Assembly (NCBI GenBank): GCA_024137785.1
Contig: JAHRHZ010000027.1
Location: 164,368-228,367 of the forward strand
Length of the DNA: 64,000 bases
Direction: 5' to 3'
From: Ginglymostoma cirratum
Taxonomy: Eukaryota
Made by a program: the position numbers and the translations under genes. Of the stretch, positions 38,930-51,957 are shown in pieces. The notes below the pieces were generated by a model. The model made no database searches and was not told the origin of the DNA. It saw nothing but the letters and a program-made list of their open reading frames with translations. Numbering within the stretch: position 1 is the first letter of the stretch; the number at the start of each line of letters is the position of its first letter.

Positions 38930-39495
38930 TGAGGTCTTGTGGGGCTCTTTTGGAATCTCGAGTCCACATTCCAGCAGTAACTACAGTGGCTTGCTGCCCC
39001 AGATCCTGAAGAAAATGTTAACCGTTTGGCCAAGGCTTGGCCTTTATTTTGGGTTTTGCTGTCGCTGACCCAGAGTCCCCCTGTTCAGGATATGTTGTGA
39101 GTGAGTCTCAAGTGGTGTTTCCCAAGCTCAGTCAGCCTGGTGAGGCACTCCACTTCATTTGGCATATCCTGTAGCTCAAACTCCACTTGCTGCTTTTTCT
39201 AATGACAAAGCCTGTTTAAAGTCCAGTTGGGCTTCAGCTGGTAGGCGCTTTTGCACGGTTACATCATTAATCCCACTCATTAATCCCGGTATCCCATCAC
39301 CAGGTCACCCTTTATTTACACGTGCATAGTATTACTCTGGATCAGCTTCGGAGCCAGCTCTCAGACTGAGCAGAACCTCTGACAGTCCTGTTTATATCCG
39401 ACAGCCAGGGCTCCCTTATTGGGCCATGCTAACAGCCTCAATCAGGGAACTCGTATTCTATGAGGTCCACCTGGCTGACCTTGTTACAATCACTA
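38930..39495 (-). mobile_element. Gypsy-like LTR retrotransposon relic (LTR plus gag fragment)
   Basis: Minus strand LTR-like stretch with CCAAT, TATAAA and AATAAA (about 39495-39287), followed by GINDVTVQKRLPAEAQLDFKQA, a gag-like motif. Confidence 0.7.
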
Positions 39496-41404
39496 AAGCT
39501 TATTTTATGAGGAGAGATTGAGCAGATTTGGTTATAATCACTAGAGTTTAGAAGAATAAGAGGAGATCTAACTGAGGCATATGAGATACAGAGAAGGCAG
39601 AGGGAGGACATGATTGGGATGTACCAGGAGCATGGATAGGATGGATAGGAAGCAGCTGTTCCTCTTAGCTGAAGGGTCAGTAATGAAAGGTGTAATTTTA
39701 AGATGAAGGGCAGGAGATTTAGACGGGATTTGAAGAAAACGTTTTTCACCTGTCGGATGACAGGAATTTTGAATGCATTGCTCGGGAAGGTAGTTGAGGT
39801 ATGAAAGCTCACAACCTTTAAACAGCACTTGAAGGAACATTTGAAGTGTCATAACATTCAGGGTTATGGGCCTAGTGCAGAAAGTGGGGTAAGTGTAGAT
39901 TGGGAATGGCTTGTTTTGTTTCTTTTTAGTCAGCGCAGACTTGATAGACCAAAGGGCCTCTTTATATGCAGAGTAGATGTTTCCTCTTGTAGACGAAACT
40001 AGAATGAGAATTCATAATTTTAGGCTAAAAAATGGCAGATTTAAAACAGAGATGAGGCCGAATTACATTTCTCAAAGGGTCATGAAGCTGTGGAATTCAC
40101 TACTCCAGAGTTCGGTGGATGCCAGGACACCAAATAAATTTATGGAAGAAATAGGCAGATTTTTAATAAGTAATGTGTTGAAGGGATATGAGGAGTGGGC
40201 AAGAAAGTGGAGTCAACCATGATCATATTAAATGGCAGAATGATCTGGAGGGGCTGAATGGCCTACTCCTGCTCCTTACTCTTATGTTTCAGGGTATTGG
40301 TGCCAATGGACCTGCCCCATGCAACACTGCACCGTTGGCTCAGACTCTCAGCCAGCGTATCCTGAAGGAGTAGGGTGAGCTGTTCTATTCTCAGTTGGTA
40401 TTCCCAATGCAGGACTGAGGAGCTGCTGCCATGTTGGATGGAGGTGTAATGTTTCAGATAAAGCATCAAACTGAGAACTTGCCTCCCATTTCATGTGGAA
40501 TAGCAAGACCCCATGGCACCATTTGAAGGGAGAGCATGGGTTTTCTTCTGCTATCCTAACCAATATTTATTCCCCAGCCAATATCATTAAAACAAATGGC
40601 ATGGCCATTAACACATTGCTATTTTCTGTGGTGCACAAGTTGCCTGCTCAATTGAGAACATGATATCAGGAACAGCATTTTGTTAACACAACAAAAGCTA
40701 TGAAGCACTTTGGGACTTCCCCACTATCAGACCCTGTGCATGATGTATCTGTAAGCTTTTTACATATAATGCCATATCCAGGTAAAAGCTTGATCCAGCC
40801 CAACAACCTACTGAATTACATTAAACTACACGAGTGATTGAAGAAGGATCATACAATAAACTCATCAAGGAACGATATGACACAAGGAAACTGTTCAGAA
40901 CTGAGGGCTCATTGCACTATTCAAAGTACAGACTTTCAGCAAAGGCATGAATTTGAGGCTCATACACTCTGTCTTCATAGATGAAGGCAAAGCCGAGAAA
41001 CGGGGAAACATAGGTGCAGGAGTAGACAATTCGACTCCTCAAGCCTGCTTTGCCATTCAATACGATCGTGGCTGATCATCGAACTCAGTACTCTAATCTC
41101 ACCCTCCCAAATATCACTTGATCCCGACAACCACAAGAGCCCGTATCTAACTTTTTGTTGGAAACATTCAATGTTTTGGCCTCAACCACTTTCTGTGTTA
41201 GTGAACTGATCAGGCTCATCACTCTCTGGATGAAGAAATTTCTCCTCATCTCAGCCCTAAAAGGTTTATCCTTTATCCTTAAACTATGATCCTTGGTTCT
41301 GGACTTCTCCACCATTAGGAATATCATTCCTATATCTACCCTGTCCAGCCCTGTTAGAATCTGATAGGTTTCTGTGAGATTCTCCTCAGAATAATCTGCT
41401 TTTG

Positions 41405-42110
41405 CTCGTAAAGTGGATAACCTCACAATTATCCACATTATACTGCATCTTGCATGCATTACCATCGACCAGAAACTCAAGTGGGCTTTCCGCACAAACA
41501 CAATCGCTTCAGGAACAGGTCAGAGGCGAACAATACCACAGCAAGTAATTCACTTCCTGACTCCCCAGAGCCTCTCTGCCATCAACAAGGCACAAGTCAG
41601 GAGTGTGATGGAATACTCCCCACTTGCCTGGATGAATGGAGCTCCAATAATGGTCAAGAAGTTTAACACCATCCAGAACAAAGCAGCCCAGTTGATTGGC
41701 ACCGCATCAACAAAATTCTATTCCCTCCATCACTGACACAGTATCGCAGCAGTGACCTATCTGCAAGATGCAGTGTCGAATTTCACCAAAATTGCTTCAA
41801 TAGCCGCTTCCAAACCCAAGACCACTTCCATCTCGAAGGACAAAGGCAGCAGATAGCTGGGAACACCACCACCTGCAAGTTCCCCTCCAAGCCACTCACC
41901 ATCCTGACTTGGAAATATAGCGTCATTCAATCACTATCACTGGGGAAAAGCCCTGCAATTCAATCCCGAAGGGCATTGTGGGTCAAGCCACAGCACATGG
42001 GCTGCAGTGGTTCAAGTTGGCAGCTCACAACCACCTTCTCAAGGGCAACTAGGGCCAGAACATAAACGCTGGCCAAGCTAACGACACCCATGTCCCACAA
42101 GTGAATAAAC
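41405..42110 (+). mobile_element. L2-like LINE 3' fragment
   Basis: ITIDQKLKW...KAQVRSVMEYSPLAWM...IQNKAAQLI RT C-terminus and 3' tail ending gtgaataaa. Confidence 0.8.
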
Positions 42111-42608
42111 AGTGTTTGCCCATTCACTCTGTCTGTCTAAATCACTCTGCAACACCTCTCCATCCTCCTCACAGCTCACCCTTCCACCCAGCTTTTGTCA
42201 TCTGCAAATTTTGAGATATTACATTTAGATTCTTAAACTAAATCATTAACATCTATTGTGAGTAGTGGGGGTCCTAATACCAATCCCTACGGCATCCACT
42301 AGTCCTGCCTGACACTTTGAAAAAGACTCACTTATTCCTACTTTTTGTTTCCTGTCTGTTAACTAATGTTGTATGTGTCTCAATACACTCCTCCCAATCT
42401 TATGCATTTTAATTTTATATGTTAATTTTACACATTACACATCCAATGGGGGAGTTCTTCCTCATACCCTCCGTGCTACAGCATGTATTGCAGTGTTTTC
42501 TACTTTAAAATACATTTGTCAAACAGTTTCTATTTTGCGCAAGGGCTCACAGTTGAATGATTTTGAGGGAAAATAGTGTAGAATTAGTAAATGAAGCAGT
42601 GCTGTGAG

Positions 42609-42745
42609 TAAACGATTTCTGACAAAGGGTCCCAATCCGATAGGTCAGTTTTCCTGCTCATCCGATGCTGCCTGGCCTGTTCTGTTCCTCCAGCTCCACA
42701 CTGTATTATCTCTGACTCCAGCATCGGAAGTTCTTCCTATCTCTG
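42609..42745 (+). mobile_element. Solo Penelope terminal repeat, decayed
   Basis: CTGACAAagggtcccaatccGATAGGTC relic; TSD agtgctgtgag at 42598-42608 and 42746-42756. Confidence 0.72.
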
Positions 42746-44599
42746 AGTGCTGTGAGCAGGATGGGAAGGTCTGTCCCAGGTTTAATGAAACAAATGTGCC
42801 CTCTAGAGGCTGACAAATGTCCCAAATTTTACAGTCTATTTTTATATTGCAAACTCTCCGTTCCCAGCAACATCATGGTCAATCTTTTCAGAGCCCTCTC
42901 CAGTTTAATAATATCTTTTCTATATCAGGGCGGCCAGAACTGCACACAACACGCCAGAAGAGATCTCACCAATGTTCTGTACAACCTCAACATGACGTCC
43001 CAATTCCTCATTATATATATTTCGTAACATGTTATCATCTGCAAACTTTGATGATTTGTCCTATGTACCCATGTCCAGGTCATTTATAAAGAATATTATC
43101 AAATACTTCTCTTCAGTCTAAAAAATGATCAACCTCCATTACTTGAGTGTCGCTGAAAGTAGGCACAATTTGTTCAAGATTTTCATTTTGCACCCATCTG
43201 GGCAATTTGCAAGAATTTCTCATTTAAAAGGGAGAAGCATTTTTACTCTATAGTAGAGAGTGGATAGAATAGACAGTATAAAATGTTATTTCCCTTTAAG
43301 TACGTATTTCTTGCAAATTGTCCTCATGATTGCAACACTAAAAATCTTCAACAAAATGTATCTTCTTTCATTCACCATTACTCTCCCTTTCCTCTATTCT
43401 AAGCCACATCCTCGTTGCCATTTTTCCTTTATTTCCATGAGCTCCAAATTTGCAAATAAGTCAATTCTGTGGTACTTTCCCAAAAGTGTTTTGAATGACC
43501 ACAGGCACAGCATTAACTCTTTCCTCTCATCTCCCATTTCTTTTAATTCACCAACAGAACTCAAACACGCGAGTTGAACATGATTTGTCCTTAACAAACC
43601 CATACTAGTCTTTATTTATTAATCCACATCTTTACCCTCAAATGTCAAGTAACTTCATCCCAGAGAGTTTTATTTAAATTTCCTCATTACTGGCATGAGT
43701 CAGACTGAACTGTATGTTTATCCCTCCATTCCTCCTCACGGACCTGCTGCCTCAGGAAGGAAATGCCGTACATAATAAACAGAAATCTCCGTTTCTAAAA
43801 TTAACACAACAACCTTGCTCCTAATTAATTCCATTTTGTTAAAATGACCTGTAGATCTCCTGTGGTATTATTTATAAGGAAGTCCAAGGCCTGTGCTCCT
43901 GTTTCAAGTGAATATTGAAGCCTTGCCCGGTTTGTTGAATGATTTCCTAAATTTGACTCCTTGATTCAGCCATTGGTACAATATGCAGTCCGTTAACTCA
44001 CTGCCAAATGAATCAGAAAGCAAACAAGAATCCTACAAGACCACAAAAGTAAAAACAGCTTCTGTCCTAACGAGCCACTACTTTCACTCAACTGGAAGCA
44101 TTTGATTGGCAAATTTCTTCTGCTATATTTTGGGGAAAAATGTGCAGGCAGGGAAAGAACATTTCTGATGGAACTTCAACATGTACCCTCCACCTCCCCT
44201 AATTCTGATCTCATCCAAGCCCAGACACCTCCTGTCGAAAGCAGTTTCAGACGTACAATACATGTGCCCCAATATAATTGTTCAGGAGGCTTTGACTGTG
44301 ACCCGTTACTTCAACAACTGTATTTGATGATGGAAAAAGAAATCTAAAAGTAAGAAAATGAAAAGAGAATTGTTTTACATATTCCATGGCCTCTCTATGG
44401 CACCATCATAAACCACCTACACACCCTGTCCTGACCGTCTGAGTAAGGAGGACAACCAAGCTGCAGGGAGATGGGGCTGATAGCATTCATACTCGGGTCA
44501 GGCCTAAGGTGACAGAATTTCCAATCCATTGAATTTCTGCCCCACTGTCCAGTTAAAATGAGAAATCTTTACTTCAAAATCCCTCTTTGCAGAGGGATG

Positions 44600-45310
44600 G
44601 GTATTGGCATGCATGAATCACAGAAAGATATTATTCAGGTACATCAGGTAATGAAGATGCAAATGGAGCTTTGACATTTATTGCTAAAAGAATGAAGCAT
44701 ATGATCAGGGAAGTGCTATTTGCAAAGTTTCACAAACATATGTGAGACCACATCTGGAGTACTGCAGGCAGGTTTTGTCTCTGTTACTTGTGGAAGGAAG
44801 TAGTTGCATTGGAGGCAATTCAGAGAAGGTTTGTTTGATTAATCCCAGAGATGAAAGGCATTTCTTATGAAGAGAGATTGAGCACTGTTGGCCTATTCTT
44901 GCTAACGTTTAGAAGATGAGCGGAGATCTAATTGATGTATATAAGATGCGAGAGGAAATTGACAAAGTAGACACAAAACAGATATTCTCCCTTGTGGGGC
45001 AATCTGGAATGAAAGGTCATAGTTTTAGGCTGAGGGGTGACAGATATAAAACAGAGACGAAAAGAAATTACTTCCTTCAAAGGGTCATGAATTTGTTGAA
45101 TTCACTACCCCAGAGTCTGATAGATACTGGGACACTGAATAAACTTAAGGAAGAGAAACTGATTTTTCATTAGTAATGGCCAACAAGGTTAGAAAGTGCA
45201 GGTGGGAAAATGGAATTGAGGCTGAGGTGAGATCAAACATTAACCACAGTCAAATGGTGGAGCAGGTTCAAGAGACTGAATTGCCGCTTCCTGCTCTTTG
45301 TTCTTGTGAT
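44600..45310 (+). mobile_element. CR1 3' fragment; others at about 30330-30720 (-), 31595-31955, 38095-38500 (-), 39500-40290, 41005-41390 (-), 42855-43720 (-), 45975-46335 and 58800-59035
   Basis: RPHLEYC, GDLIDVYK and CR1 3' UTR motifs. Confidence 0.78.
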
Positions 45311-46726
45311 CATCTGTTTACATAGTGTTTGTATCTTCTATTACATCTATTTGTGTTTCCTATTGCTTATTATTTTCATAATAGGCAGAAGGTCTTTAAA
45401 CACACTGATGGAAGATCATGAGATCGAGTACGGCTCAGGCTCTCAAAAGGATAACACATGGTACTTACTGTAGAATAGAAAGGCCGAAAGTGACTTTTGG
45501 CATTTTCCAAAAAAACTGTTCAGCTGTTAAAGCAAAGATAATAAGATTTCGAGTATAAATTATTGCAATCTTTCCCTTTCAGTCAAATACAATCAGTTCA
45601 TATGAAACTGCCTTTGCTGGCTTCCATGAGGATTAAACATAGTTTAGACAAAAGGAAGTTTTGAAATTATTTTGTATATTTCCTTTGGTTTTATTTTTCT
45701 GTGTGGCGCCTGAAGCAATGAGAGGAGTTAAAGATGCATTTACAGGTCAAAAGGAAATGGTTGCAATTTGTCACACCAAAATAAACATCACAGAGTCAAC
45801 ATTCCACTCCCAACTATCCATTGTCACAGTTTCAAAATCGAGCTCCCCATTTGGACCAGGTAGAGGACACTTGCATCCATCAGTATGCACTGCACTGTCC
45901 CAGTCCAATGACATGCCACTTAATTTACAAGGCCAATATATTTGATGAACTGCTGCTTGTGAGAGGGTGGAAAAGTATGATCGAGGTTTATAAAATCATG
46001 AAGGGTATAGGTAGGGTTAATTATTTTCCCTAGAATGGGAGATTCCAAAACTAGGGGCCATATTTCTAAGGTGAGAGGAGTGAGATTTAAAAAAGACATG
46101 GGAGACAAATGTTTTACACAAAGGGTGGTTCGTGTGTGGAATGAACTTCCTGACGAAATGCTGGATGTGGGTGCAATTACAATGTTTAAAAGACACTTAG
46201 ATAACTACATGAATAGGAAAGGTTGGAGGGAATGTGAGCCAGGAGCAAGCAGGTAGGACTAGTTTAGTTTGGGATTATGGTCGGCATGGACTGGTTGGAC
46301 CGAAGGGTCTGTTTCCATGCTGTATGACTCTATGAGGAAATCACTAGCTGGGCAGCATTTGTTGTCCATCCCTATTTTTCCCAAGGACAGGTTAAGAGTC
46401 TACCACATTGCTGTGGGTCTGAAGTCACATGTAGGCCAGATCAGGTAAGGATAGCAATTTCCTTCCTTAAGGACGTTAGTGAACCAAATGGATTTTTCCA
46501 ACAATCGACAAGGGATTCATCATCATCACTCGACTCCAAATTCCAGTTTTTTTTCTAAATGAATTCAAGTCTCACCATCTGCTGTGGTGGTATTCGAAAC
46601 TGGGAACCCGAGGATATTACCTGGGTCTCTGGATTATTAGTCTAGTTACTTCTTTCATCATTTATCATTGGTTAGTGAAACATTTACTATAAACATTTTC
46701 TTAAAACAATAGCTTTTGTTTCACAG

Positions 46727-47700
46727 TGTTACAAAATTGGGAAGAGTACTTGTGGATTGGGAGGCAGGTAGATAGAATTTGGTGTATGTAAAATGCTAGG
46801 GGGGGAAAGCATTGTGTAGTCCATTTAAAAGATGATGTGCTTTTTCTATGCTGAGAGATTTAAAATGGATGTCTGTGAGCAGCAGCTTGAAAATTTACAA
46901 GTTGCAGAGAGCACCTGAATTGAAACATTTGAATCAAAGGGCTGTACAGTTCACAGGCCAAGAAGTGGTTTTTCCACCAAGACAACAAGTTTTGAATTTA
47001 GCCAATAAATTTGAACCAGGCACTTAGATTCCAGAAACCAATTCAATTTAAATTTGACATTTTGACAACGTAGGAACAATCCCAGTGTAAGAAATATTGA
47101 TATGTGATCAAGGGTTTAAAAGAAGGGGGCAGTTGGACAAAACCCCAGAGAACTAACTGCCATCCACCAGAGCTCACAGCCCTCAGCTTTCAAGAGAGAA
47201 TTGTTGGCTCCCCCAGCCTCATCTATGTCTTAGAGAAAGCACCATCTAAATAACGAAGGTACCCACAACACAAGTTAATATTCCTGACAGAAGAACCAAC
47301 GGAGAAGGCATAGAACTTTCCAGAAGACACTCCACCTGGCTGCAATTTTGAGAGACTAAATTCTGTTCTTTTTATTCTGTGTAAGTGGGACTTGTATTTA
47401 TTGGAACAGCATATCATCAGAATCTTGTTTTATTCGGGAATGTTTAGTAGTTAGAAAGGGTTTATTTGGTTTGTTAATTGTTCAGTTAATTTGTTCACTG
47501 TTCAAGTTAGATAAATAAATTGTTACTTGTTGAATGTGAAGTGAGTGTCAGGGATCTGTTTTCATTAACCACTAGATGTTGCTGTCAAGCAGGTTCAACC
47601 ACTTTGCACACTCCTTTCACACATTATAGGGAATGGTGCTCCTCTTTGTGTGTTTTGGTTTTAGTTCTCGAGGAGGGGAGTCAACTTTCACTTTATAACA
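46727..47700 (+). mobile_element. Solo LTR, 974 bp
   Basis: TGTTA...TAACA inverted termini, perfect 5-bp TSD CACAG (46722-46726 and 47701-47705), TATA-like tttaaaa at about 47115 and AATAAA at about 47514. Confidence 0.85.
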
Positions 47701-50700
47701 CACAGGAGGAGGTGATCATGTGATGCCAAGTTTGGATATCTAGTCAATTGCTTCCTAAAAAGCTGAGAGAGGAAATTAGCTGTAACTTGCATCTCTTGAT
47801 CTGAGCAGGAAAGTTGGCACAATTTGTCCATTGCATAGACCGCAAGGGCACAACTCAGATCAACATTTGCCCATGCCCTGATCAGATTTCATTGCGAGAT
47901 ATCACTACCCTGGAGAAAGTACCAGCTAGTATCATCAAGAAGATGTCCCCAAGCCCAGCACTGAACTCCCACTTTGGAATGCATAAAGAACTCTCAATAC
48001 TTTGATTTCACAACACCCTTCAGGGCTCCAAGTTCCACTTCAGGGCTTGAGGACAGAAGTCAGGCCTGACACCCCAATGCAGTGCTGAGGATGCGCTACT
48101 CTGTTAGAGGCCCCATCTTTCCAATGAGACATTAAACCAAAGTCCCATCTTCCCAGTCAAGTGTATGGGAAAGGTCCCATGGTCTTGTTGACAGAAACGT
48201 AGGGGAGTTATCTCCAGAATCCTCAATATTTGTCAATATTTGTCCCTCAGCATCACACAAAAAGAATACAAATTACCTGGTGATTATTTCATAGTTTTTT
48301 TTCATAGCAGTTTTCAAATTACATAGTAAATCCATTTCCATTACTTTCCAATAGTGACTACACACCACTGTCTATACAAGGGCTTTGGTACATCCAATAG
48401 TTCATAAATAGAAACTTTCCATTTGGAAGATTCCTCAAAATTTCCTCTGCCACTTTCTCCCCATTTGTATGATTATTTAACAATACCATTCTTCATGTAT
48501 TTAACCAGTTGCTTCATGCAAATTCGTTTTTTCCTCTCCTCACCCATTTAGGATCAGGAGCAGATATGCACAAGATTGATTTTAAAAAAAGTAAGCAGAC
48601 ATTTCCAAAAATAATAGTAAAGGCAAAAGAAAAGGACATCAGTCATGGTGCAAGAAACATCGATTATAGCGCAATGGAATGGCATCAGTTGCTACAAATG
48701 GTCAGATTTTGAAATGCACTGCCTATTGAGCTAATGGGTACAGATACAAAAGTAGTTTTCAAAAGAGAATTCGATAAATGTTTGAAGGAGGAAAATAATT
48801 GCAGGGTTAAGTGAAAAATCAGAGGCGTGGAATCCACTAGAACTAGCAGAAACCAGATGGGCTGAATCACCTCCTTCTACCCTGTAGAATTTGTTTTATG
48901 TTGGAGGGCTCTGAGTTTGCTTCCCTGAAGGGACCTCAAGTACCCAGCCTTTCTTCCCACACTTCTTCCAGAATAAGGCAAGTCGTGTAAGTAATCACAG
49001 ATGCTCACTGATACACTCGGACTATTTCCATTATTTTAATCACATTTGTTCTTCCATATTTTGGCTGATCTTTCTTCTGATTTGTTGTGTGTCCATTGCG
49101 AATTGTATTGTGAAACATCAGTTGCATAAGGCACCGGTTGATAATTAAACTTCTGCAAACAATTTATTGCTTAGTCCTTGAATACAATGTCTTTTATTTT
49201 GTAAGTTTCACAATCTTTACTTTTCATTAACTTCTCATGTGATTTAAAACTATTTTCATTCCTTCCTATCATGTTGGATCGAGCAATAATTTTTTTTTTT
49301 AAATTCTGGATACTGATATTTTTCTCATTCCTTTTTCCAGCAAGAACAGACAGTGTGTCTTCTTCTCAAATTATTAGTGATGTATTTGCGACACGATTGC
49401 TTTCATACTGAAAAGCTAAAGTTGGCACAGACTTACCAGATCACAGGGCTGTTTGCTCATTGAAGAGAGATAGCTGCTGGTGGTTTAACCAGAGGCCACC
49501 ACTCCTCAGGCAAGGGGAGAGGTTGAGAAGGAGAGTCTTTCATGGTTACCTCTCACTGTACAGGAATTGAGCTCATCCTGCCTGGTATCACACTGCATCT
49601 TAAACCAGCCTTCCAGCCAACTGAACTAACCAATCCCACTTTCACAGCACTTAAGAAGAAGGACAATTGTTTTAAGGAGTTTAATATTCCTTACATGAAC
49701 TAATTCTCTGCATACTGTTGTTACTAGCCAGGCTTGCACTTATTAGTCATTTTAGTTGTACTTGACAAGGCCACAGTTGACCTTATTCCTGGAGTGTTGT
49801 AGCCCCTGAAGGGAGGGAGTTTCCAGATCTTTGACCAAGGGTCAATGAAGGGACAACAACTCACGTACCTGTTGTGTGACCTGGAGTAGAACATAAAGAC
49901 AGGGCATTCCTATGAATTTTACCCTCTCGGAGTTGGAATTCTCAAGTTTGAGAGATCCGATTGTTTTCCGCAGCACTCCTGACCCATGCCATTTTTCTTT
50001 AGCATTTCTGCAGATCATGTTTTGTGTGCAAATTGTGGTAAGACTGGCTTTCCCATTTTAAATCAAGGATGAAAATCAGATTTCCTCCCCAACACTGTTT
50101 TGTCTGGTGGCCCAGGGGTTTGAAAATATATTCAAAGCACACCAGGTACAAGGATTTGTGTAGAAACTGGAAAGTCTGGTGGGAAGTCAGGAATATTCCA
50201 AAATGTAAGTGTAAAGCCAGTTTTGTAATACATGTGTTTTTTTTTAATACAGTAAATCACCATAAAGGTCTGTCCTTTCATGGTGAATTGACCCTTCCAG
50301 CTTGTGCATTTGTTGCACACATCGCAATGTTTTTCCAATGTAGAAAGCATCATGATACATTGCAAAGCATTACATAACTTCCTGTCAGCCTGTGCTGTCA
50401 TTCTTTCTGCTGTGATATGAATCGCTCTGTGATCTAAAACAAAAACTGGTGTTCTCACTTGAGAGAAAGCTGACCATTGATTACCTTACATTGATTGACA
50501 GGAGCACTGTTTCGCAACTGAACTGAGCACTTTCTGTTTCTTTACTCGAGAGCAGTCTGTTATTTGGGCAGCTGAAACCATTATTAATACCTAAATAAGT
50601 TTCAAGTTTAAATAAATTTCAGCACAGTGCGTACCCCATTCATCTGGAAATGAACAACATTGTTTCCTAACAGATTATTACTTAATGCAGTTCCTGGCTT

Positions 50701-50939
50701 GTGAACATAATCTGACAAAATTATAGCGTGTTACTGGAAAGTGTTTCCTCATGTGGCTGAATTGCAGGAACTGGAGGACAGTACCCAGTACATACAGTGG
50801 TGTGGAGGTGCCAGTGTTGGTCTGCGTTCCCATGATGATGGCCTCAACCGTGATGTTGGGTTCATGTCACGCTCTGTGTGACCCCACTACATTGTTCTGC
50901 ATCTGTGAAATCTTCCTTACTGTCCTGCTTTGACAGCAT

Positions 50940-51395
50940 CACCTTGATAAAGCATTATGATCTCTTGACCTTAATTAGTTTGTACAGTTTTGAAATACTT
51001 ATTACTTTGCTTAGACCCTCGCCATGTGACTCTTCTACCTGTCATGTTATTCCACTCATTTAGTTTGTCTCCAGCACCACCTTATTTAAAGTTTTTGTAA
51101 TTATCTCTCTGCCTCATTTAATCGGATCTAAGGTCATCCCTTTGCTGGTTATTCAGCTGTTGACACTTTACTCATCATCAGACTTTCTTAGTCACCTGCA
51201 GAGACTTATTATCTGACACTCCACTCGCACCAGTTGTATGATCTTTTGATCTCTCTGCCCTTGATCTCTCTGTGTATGAACTCTGTGTCTGTGTGCTCTT
51301 CGCTCTAACTGCACCTGACAAAGGGGCTGCACTCAGACAGCTTGTGATTTCAAATAAATCTGTTGGACTGTAACAGTGTCGCGTGACATCTGACC
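50940..51395 (+). mobile_element. Penelope-like 3' UTR relic (same family as 23220-23365)
   Basis: cacCTGACAAaggggctgcactcaGACAGCTTgtgatttcaaataaa matches the reverse complement of 23230-23329. Confidence 0.7.
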
Positions 51396-51408
51396 TTGTA
51401 CATACAGA

Positions 51409-51643
51409 GTGTGGGGCTGGATGAACACAGCAGGCCAAGCAGCATCATAGGAGCAGGAAAGCTTGACGTTTCGGGCCTAGACCCTTCATCAGAAATCATT
51501 TCCGATGAAGGATTTCTGGTGAAGGGTCTAGGCCTGAAACGTCAAGCTTTCCTGCTCCTATGATGCTGCTTGGCCTGCTGTATTCATCCAGCCCCACACC
51601 TTGTTATCTCGGATTCTCCAGCATCTGCAGTACCTTTTATCTC
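51409..51643. mobile_element. Palindromic double-hammerhead mini-element
   Basis: About 88-bp inverted arms (51409-51496 and 51511-51598); intact hammerhead on minus (51465-51492), mutated on plus (CTGGTGA at 51516); TSD ttgtacatacagagtg at 51396-51411 and 51644-51659. Confidence 0.88.
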
Positions 51644-51926
51644 TTGTACATACAGAGTGACTGGTTATGACGGTATATGGAAGGCCATAGAGTGACATGG
51701 GTACTCTGAGAGAGATGGTGGTGCACAGGCATAGACGCTGCTCTTCCACACAAGAGAGTAATGGAAACTTCTTTTTTACTCACCAAAGTAGGCAGTTGGG
51801 TGCTTCATTTTAACACCTCATGTGAAAGTTGTCACCTCCAGCAGTGCAGCACTCCTTCACTATTGCACCATATTCATAACCTTTTAACTGGAACCTTATG
51901 ATTTCGGGACACTGGGACCCTGACTG

Positions 51927-51957
51927 ACACACAAACACACACACACACACACACACA
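51927..51957. repeat. (AC)n microsatellite
   Basis: Directly visible. Confidence 0.9.

Noticed and set aside
44244-44347. cag|TTTCAG sequence resembling the V-exon acceptor
   Set aside because: Downstream translation has no Ig motifs and stops early.
50069-50458. Overlapping 102 and 108 aa Cys-containing ORFs
   Set aside because: No recognisable motif or splice context; consistent with chance ORFs.
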